Source: Actinomycetes bacterium (GTDB lineage: Bacteria > Actinomycetota > Acidimicrobiia > Acidimicrobiales > Bog-793). From it: 48,146 nt of DNA. The stretch covers positions 293 through 48,438 of the forward strand of contig JAJYVX010000005.1 of the NCBI GenBank assembly GCA_021791795.1, given 5' to 3'. Made by a program: the position numbers and the translations under genes. Positions 43,671-48,146 of the stretch are shown here, piece by piece (the stretch's first letter is position 1; every line of letters starts with the position of its first letter). Below the pieces are notes generated by a model that worked only from the letters and a program-made list of their open reading frames with translations, had not been told where the DNA came from and did not search any database.

Positions 43671-44672
43671 ATGCGGGCCGTCCGGGTCCGGTCGTTCGGC
43701 TTCCCACCCGATGCGGCCCTGGAGGAATGCGAGACGCCGGAGCCCGGACCGGGCGAGTTGCTGATCGCCGTGCGCGCAGCTCCGGTCAACTACGTCGACC
43801 TTCTCACCATGCGAGGTGAGTACCAGTTCAAGCCGGAGCTGCCCTACACGCCGGGCAAGGGCCCTGCGGGAGTGGTCGTCGCCACCGGGCCGGGCGCAGA
43901 CGGCTGGGCCGTCGGGACCCGGGTGCTCGCCATGGCGGAGTACGGGGGCTACGCCGAAGCTGTCGTCGTCCCGCAACAAAGCGCCTACCTGCTTCCCGAC
44001 AGCCTCCCCTTCACCGCCGCCGGCGCCATGTCGCTCGCATTCGACACGGCATGGGTGTCCTTGCGCGAGCGTGCCCGCCTGGTGCCGGGCGAGTCGGTTC
44101 TCGTCCTCGGGGCGAACGGGGCCGTCGGCAGCGCGGCTGTGCAGCTGGCCGTGGCGATGGGAGCGTCGCCCGTGCTTGCCGGCGTCTCCTCGCCCGAGAG
44201 GTACGCGGACCTCGACCACCTCGGTGCCGGCGGGATGGTCGATCTCTCTCGCCCGGGCTTGCGCGACAGCGTTCGCGAGCAGGTGTTCGCCCTCACCGAT
44301 GGGCGGGGCGTGGACGTCGTCGTCGACCCGCTCGGCGGAGATCCCTTCGACGGCGCCGTCCGGGCGTTGGCGTGGCGTGGGCGGTTGGTGGTGGTCGGCT
44401 TCGCTTCCGGCCGGATCCCGACGCTCGCGGCGAACTACCTCCTCTTGAAGAACATAGAGGTGTCCGGTATCCAGATAAGCGACTATCGGAAGAAGACGCC
44501 CGAGCTGCTGGAGGAGTGCTACCGGGATGTCTTCTCGCTCTACGTCGCCGGCAAGGTGGTCGCACCGGCGATCGTCAGGTACCCGCTCGAGTCCTGGCAA
44601 GCCGCCGTCAGCGATTTCGCGTCGCACAGGGCCAAGGGGCGAGTGCTGCTCGTCCCGGACGGCGAGGATTGA
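43671..44672 (+). CDS. MDR-superfamily NADPH:quinone-oxidoreductase/zeta-crystallin-like reductase
   Basis: Contains ELLIAVRAAPVNYVDLL, GESVLVLGANGAVGSAAVQLA (AxxGxxG) and GRLVVVGFASG. No catalytic Zn ligand pattern is present. An alternative GTG 43653 overlaps the upstream stop. Confidence 0.85.
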   Translation: MRAVRVRSFGFPPDAALEECETPEPGPGELLIAVRAAPVNYVDLLTMRGEYQFKPELPYTPGKGPAGVVVATGPGADGWAVGTRVLAMAEYGGYAEAVVVPQQSAYLLPDSLPFTAAGAMSLAFDTAWVSLRERARLVPGESVLVLGANGAVGSAAVQLAVAMGASPVLAGVSSPERYADLDHLGAGGMVDLSRPGLRDSVREQVFALTDGRGVDVVVDPLGGDPFDGAVRALAWRGRLVVVGFASGRIPTLAANYLLLKNIEVSGIQISDYRKKTPELLEECYRDVFSLYVAGKVVAPAIVRYPLESWQAAVSDFASHRAKGRVLLVPDGED

Positions 44673-44690
44673 CGCGGTGGCGGGCGCGTG

Positions 44691-45197
44691 TCACCGGAAG
44701 GGCAGCACCAGTTGCGTGCAGGTGAAGCGCGCCATCAGGCGCCGGGTGGCGTTGCGCTCGTCGGCTGCGGAGAAGACGTCGACGTCCTGCACGATCGAGC
44801 GACGCCCGATGTGCACCGGGCGGGCCTCGGCCACGAGCGTCGTGCCCGCATCAGCCCGGCTGAGCAGGTGGCAGGTCAGGTCGAAGGTCGCGAAGTTGCC
44901 GGCTGGCACTGCACCGTCGCTCGCCCATCCGGCGACGGCATCGGCGAAGGCGACGAGCGCCCCACCCTGGGGACCCCCCCGCTGGTTGAGGTGCAGGGGT
45001 GTGAGCATCATCTCCGCCCTGGCCCGTCCGACGCCGATGTGGGTGAGGCGCATGCCCATCGCGTCGAGGAAGCAGCCCGGCGGCGTGCCCGCCAATTCCT
45101 CGGGCACGGCCACCATGCCTTCCGTCGGAGCGAGGCCGGCCAGCTCGAAGAGAGGGGTGGTGCTCGAGGGTTCCTGCACGAGTTGCTCACCTTTCAT
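44691..45197 (-). CDS. PaaI/hotdog-fold thioesterase
   Basis: GMRLTHIGVGRARAEMMLTPLHLNQRGGPQGGALVAFADAVAG...GRRSIVQDVDVF is a typical PaaI-family core. The internal ATG 45197 of ORF 44691..45377 was chosen. Confidence 0.8.
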   Translation of the reverse strand: MKGEQLVQEPSSTTPLFELAGLAPTEGMVAVPEELAGTPPGCFLDAMGMRLTHIGVGRARAEMMLTPLHLNQRGGPQGGALVAFADAVAGWASDGAVPAGNFATFDLTCHLLSRADAGTTLVAEARPVHIGRRSIVQDVDVFSAADERNATRRLMARFTCTQLVLPFR

Positions 45198-45419
45198 CAC
45201 TCGCCACCCGGCGCGCTGCCTTCTCGGTCCCATTTGGCCGCGGCACGGTCGGTATGCCGCTGCATACATTACGATCCGGCCCGGATCGAGTACGGACGCC
45301 GCGGCGATCCACCGAGAAGAGACGGATCTGTCGTTGGAACGCTGCGACCTCGGCGGCCGCTGGGACGTCTGCGACACCGCGTTTCGCCCGGTGCCCGTCC
45401 GAACCCGCGGGAGGCAGTG

Positions 45420-46097
45420 ATGGCCAAGAGATCGACGGCAGGGCGAGCTGTGCCGGCACGCCTCTCACCTACCCGGCGAGTCGTGCCCTACGAGCGCATC
45501 AAGCAGGCCATCATGTCCGGCGACCTCGAACCCGGTGCCCCGCTCGTCGAGCTGGCGCTGGCGGAGTGGTGCGAGGTGAGCAGGACACCGGTGCGCGAAG
45601 CGCTTCTCAGGCTCGAGCAGGACGGGCTCGTCGTCCGTGGCGACCAGGGCCTCTCGGTCCGGGAGAGCAGCCCGGAAGAGATCCTCGACATCTACGACAC
45701 GCGCATCGTGCTCGAAGCTCGGGCTGCGGCTGTGGCTGCCGAGCGCCGCACCTCCCACGACCTCATGGCCATGCGCCGCCTGACAGACAAGTTCTCCCAC
45801 TGCGACGCGGAGGAGGCGAGCGCGCTCGCCGAGACGAACCGCGAATTCCATCGCTCCGTCTGGCGCGCCAGCCACAACGACTCGCTTGTCGACCTGCTCG
45901 AACGGCTGAATCTGCTGCTCGGCCGATACCCTGCCACGACGCTCGCCTTCCCCGGCCGGTGGAAGACGGCGAGCGTTGAGCACAACAAGCTCCTGCTCGC
46001 CATCGAAGCCCGAGACGAGGAGGAAGCCGCCGCGGTGGCCACGCGTCACTTCTCCGCAGCGCGCGACATCCGGCTTCGCTTGTGGGAGGGCGAGTAG
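45420..46097 (+). CDS. GntR-family regulator, FadR subfamily (wHTH + FCD domain)
   Basis: The wHTH reads YERIKQAIMSGDLEPGAPLVELALAEWCEVSRTPVREALLRLEQDGLV. The FCD-like helical domain contains IYDTRIVLEARAA, NREFHRSVW and EHNKLLLAIEARDEEEA. A GGGAGG SD precedes the start. Confidence 0.85.
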   Translation: MAKRSTAGRAVPARLSPTRRVVPYERIKQAIMSGDLEPGAPLVELALAEWCEVSRTPVREALLRLEQDGLVVRGDQGLSVRESSPEEILDIYDTRIVLEARAAAVAAERRTSHDLMAMRRLTDKFSHCDAEEASALAETNREFHRSVWRASHNDSLVDLLERLNLLLGRYPATTLAFPGRWKTASVEHNKLLLAIEARDEEEAAAVATRHFSAARDIRLRLWEGE

Positions 46098-46265
46098 CCA
46101 TCGGGATCACGCACTGCTCGGTTGGAGGGGACACCAGCTGCCGACGTCGCTCGGTCTCGGCGAGCGGCACCTTGCGACGCCTAGGAGCATTGGAGCACCA
46201 TATGATTGCATGCGTAGGTACACCGTTGCATGCAGAGGAGAGGCTGTGACGGGAGTGCCGGCGAG

Positions 46266-47741
46266 ATGACGGCTCGACGGGTGATCGTGGTGGGCGCGGG
46301 CAACGCAGCGCTGTGCGCAGCTCTCTCCGCCCGGGAGCGTGGTGCCGACGTCCTCGTCCTCGAGCGGGCGCCACAGCGTCTGCGCGGCGGCAACACCGCT
46401 TTCACCGCGGGAGCGATGCGCGTCGCATACCAAGGTGTCGATGACCTGCGGCAGCTCATGCCCGAGCTCAGCGACGAAGAAGTCGCCGTGACCGACTTCG
46501 GCCACTACCCGGTACAAGCGTTCCTCGAAGACATGGCACGGGTGACCGAGTACCGCACGGATCCCGAGCTGGCGGCGACCCTTGTCGAGGAGAGCTTCCC
46601 GACTCTGTTGTGGATGCGGGAGAAGGGCGTGCGCTTCCTCCCCATCTATGGCCGCCAGGCGTTCAAGGTCGACGGCCGGTTCACTTTCTGGGGTGGCCTC
46701 ACCGTCGAGGTGTCGGGCGGTGGACCAGGTCTCGTCGATTGCCTGACGGCGGCCTGCGGTCGGGAGGGCGTGAGGATCGAGTACGGCGCCCGAGCGCTGT
46801 CGCTCGTGCAGGATGATGCCGGCATCCACGGCGTGACACTTCGCCAGGATGGGAGGACGCGCGTGGAGCCGGCGGGTGCCGTCGTCCTCGCCTGCGGCGG
46901 CTTCCAGGCCAACGCCGAGTGGCGGACGCGTTACCTCGGGCCTTCGTGGGACCTCGCGAAGGTGCGCGGCACGATGTACAACACCGGGGACGGCCTCAAG
47001 ATGGCGCTCGACGCCGGGGCGAGCCCTACCGGCAACTGGTCCGGCTGCCACGCCGTGGGCTGGGACCGCAACGCCCCCGAGTTCGGCGACCTGAGCGTGG
47101 GAGACGGCTACCAGAAGCACAGCTATCCCTTCGCCATCATGATCAACGCACAAGGCAAGCGCTTCGTCGACGAGGGCGCCGACTTCCGCAACTACACCTA
47201 CGCGAAGTACGGACGCCGCATTCTCGAACAGCCTGGTCAGTTCGCCTGGCAGATCTTCGACCAGAAGGTGGTGCATCTTCAGCGGGACGAGTACCGCATC
47301 CGCCAGGTCACCAAGGTCACAGCCGGCACTCTCGAGGAGCTCGCCGGAAAGCTCGAGGGCGTCGACGCGGCCGGGTTCCTCGAAGAAGTCGCCGCCTACA
47401 ACGCCGCCGTCGATGTAGGCACGCCCTTCAATCCGAACGTCAAGGACGGGCGCTCTACGAAGGGGCTGGCCGTGAACAAGACCAACTGGGCCAACCGCGT
47501 CGACGAGGGGCCGTTCGAGGCATACGCGGTCACCTGCGGGATCACTTTCACCTTCGGAGGCCTCAGAATCAACACCAAAGCGCAGGTCCTCGACACCGAC
47601 ATGACGCCGATGCCAGGTCTCTACGCCGCGGGCGAGCTCACTGGTGGCATCTTCTACTTCAACTACCCCGGCGGTACCGGGCTCACGAACGGCTCCGTCT
47701 TCGGCCGGATCGCGGGATACGAGGCGGCGTCCGGCTCGTAG
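46266..47741 (+). CDS. tcuA: FAD-dependent tricarballylate dehydrogenase TcuA-like flavoprotein
   Basis: Contains VIVVGAGNAALCAALSARERGADVLVLERAP...RGGNTAFTAGA (dinucleotide fold), RFTFWGGLTVEVSGGGPGLVD and GLYAAGELTGGIFYFNYPGGTGLTNGSVFGRIAG. It matches my recollection of actinobacterial proteins annotated as TcuA. The specific substrate is unverified. Confidence 0.75.
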   Translation: MTARRVIVVGAGNAALCAALSARERGADVLVLERAPQRLRGGNTAFTAGAMRVAYQGVDDLRQLMPELSDEEVAVTDFGHYPVQAFLEDMARVTEYRTDPELAATLVEESFPTLLWMREKGVRFLPIYGRQAFKVDGRFTFWGGLTVEVSGGGPGLVDCLTAACGREGVRIEYGARALSLVQDDAGIHGVTLRQDGRTRVEPAGAVVLACGGFQANAEWRTRYLGPSWDLAKVRGTMYNTGDGLKMALDAGASPTGNWSGCHAVGWDRNAPEFGDLSVGDGYQKHSYPFAIMINAQGKRFVDEGADFRNYTYAKYGRRILEQPGQFAWQIFDQKVVHLQRDEYRIRQVTKVTAGTLEELAGKLEGVDAAGFLEEVAAYNAAVDVGTPFNPNVKDGRSTKGLAVNKTNWANRVDEGPFEAYAVTCGITFTFGGLRINTKAQVLDTDMTPMPGLYAAGELTGGIFYFNYPGGTGLTNGSVFGRIAGYEAASGS

Positions 47742-47762
47742 CCTCGTCCGGCTCGTAGCCTC
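47729..47762. repeat. Perfect 17-bp tandem duplication (GTCCGGCTCGTAGCCTC x2) spanning the tcuA-like stop codon
   Basis: Counted directly at 47729-47745 and 47746-47762. The first copy contains the TAG stop (47739-47741). Confidence 0.95.
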
Positions 47763-48146
47763 CGCCCGGATCCCGTTGAATCCTGACGGGAGCAGGGTCG
47801 CATTCGGCCGCACACGAGAACCCGAACGGCAAGCGATTCGCGGTGGAAGCGTCGCGAGCGACCTGGGCGAGCGCTCGCAAAGGCAGACATTCCTGTCAGG
47901 TCAGGCGAGCACCTGTCACTTCTCGCCGGTGCGGCGGCGTTCGCGCCCTGTCGCGACCGGCCATACGGCTGGAGAGTCACGAGGCGCTCCGCGGCCGCTC
48001 AGCACCGAAGCAGCGTTAGCTGCTCGTCGTCACCGCAGGTCGCGTCGTCGCCGCGCAACTCGCCGCCGAACGCCGGCTCCGGCTCCGGCTCAGGCGCCGG
48101 CGCGGGGTCGGTCGCCTCGGCGCCCCTCGCCTCGGGGCCCGTCGCC

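Noticed and set aside
47771-47791. Hairpin TCCCGT-N9-ACGGGA 30 nt after the tcuA-like stop, as an intrinsic terminator
   Set aside because: It has only a 6-bp stem and a 9-nt loop with no downstream T-tract. It is too weak to call.
42700-47813. Long antisense ORFs such as 42700..43707, 43494..44627 and 46107..47813. Similar cases elsewhere are 1744..2703, 38961..40001, 35397..36050 and 20794..21606.
   Set aside because: They are typical high-GC shadow ORFs. Each lies opposite a gene with clear family motifs, is rich in Arg/Pro/Gly/Ala, and has no domain signature of its own.
47999-48146. Possible 3' end of a minus-strand gene running off the window (…PAPAPEPEPEPAFGGELRGDDATCGDDEQLTLLRC*)
   Set aside because: Only about 49 low-complexity codons are visible, with no recognisable family. 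It cannot be supported from this fragment.

Overview
High-GC (about 70%) Actinomycetota-like chromosomal window. I found no rRNA, tRNA, CRISPR array, transposase or integrase. Left to right: (1) a 5'-partial MFS exporter and a TetR regulator, then a HAD hydrolase. (2) A roughly 3.3-kb gene-decay zone (2.6-6.0 kb) holding six broken genes: a sigma-factor fragment, an AraC fragment, an alpha-toroid protein, an AraC/cupin regulator, a SAM-methyltransferase and a VOC protein. They carry in-frame stops, frameshifts or truncations. (3) A TerC-family gene, a small membrane protein, an OmpR-type DNA-binding remnant and an intact MMPL transporter. (4) A CsoR-family paralog that lacks the Cu-ligand His (C-x-C type), followed by a DUF302 gene. 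Convergent with these is a three-gene operon: a CstB-like persulfide dioxygenase-rhodanese fusion, a fused 4x[4Fe-4S]/NrfD-like subunit, and a 943-aa molybdopterin oxidoreductase with no Tat signal. (5) A ClC channel, a GntR/HutC regulator, a small Cys-rich protein, and a DUF488 gene preceded by a perfect 18-bp x5 tandem repeat. (6) A copZ-copA-csoR operon with a CsoR-like operator. (7) PAP2 phosphatase, a DedA ORF that reads through into a second membrane domain, an AraC+VOC pair, another decayed AraC gene, an ECF sigma with a membrane partner, a small RG-rich membrane peptide and a retropepsin-like protease. (8) The most interesting part is a 16.5-kb catabolic island (31.2-47.7 kb). It holds two complete three-subunit XDH/CoxLSM-family Mo-hydroxylases, two PuuE-like deacetylase-fold hydrolases, an asparaginase-type amidase, an acyl-CoA synthetase, an MDR reductase, a PaaI thioesterase, a GntR/FadR regulator and a TcuA-like tricarballylate dehydrogenase. 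This gene set matches, step for step, the enzymologically described isonicotinate -> citrazinate -> citrazyl-CoA -> tricarballylate route; that match is an inference and is untested. Short GC-rich tandem repeats (6, 7, 9, 12, 17 and 18 bp units) are unusually frequent, several of them in frame inside genes. All functional calls rest on my reading of the translated ORFs; no database search was possible.
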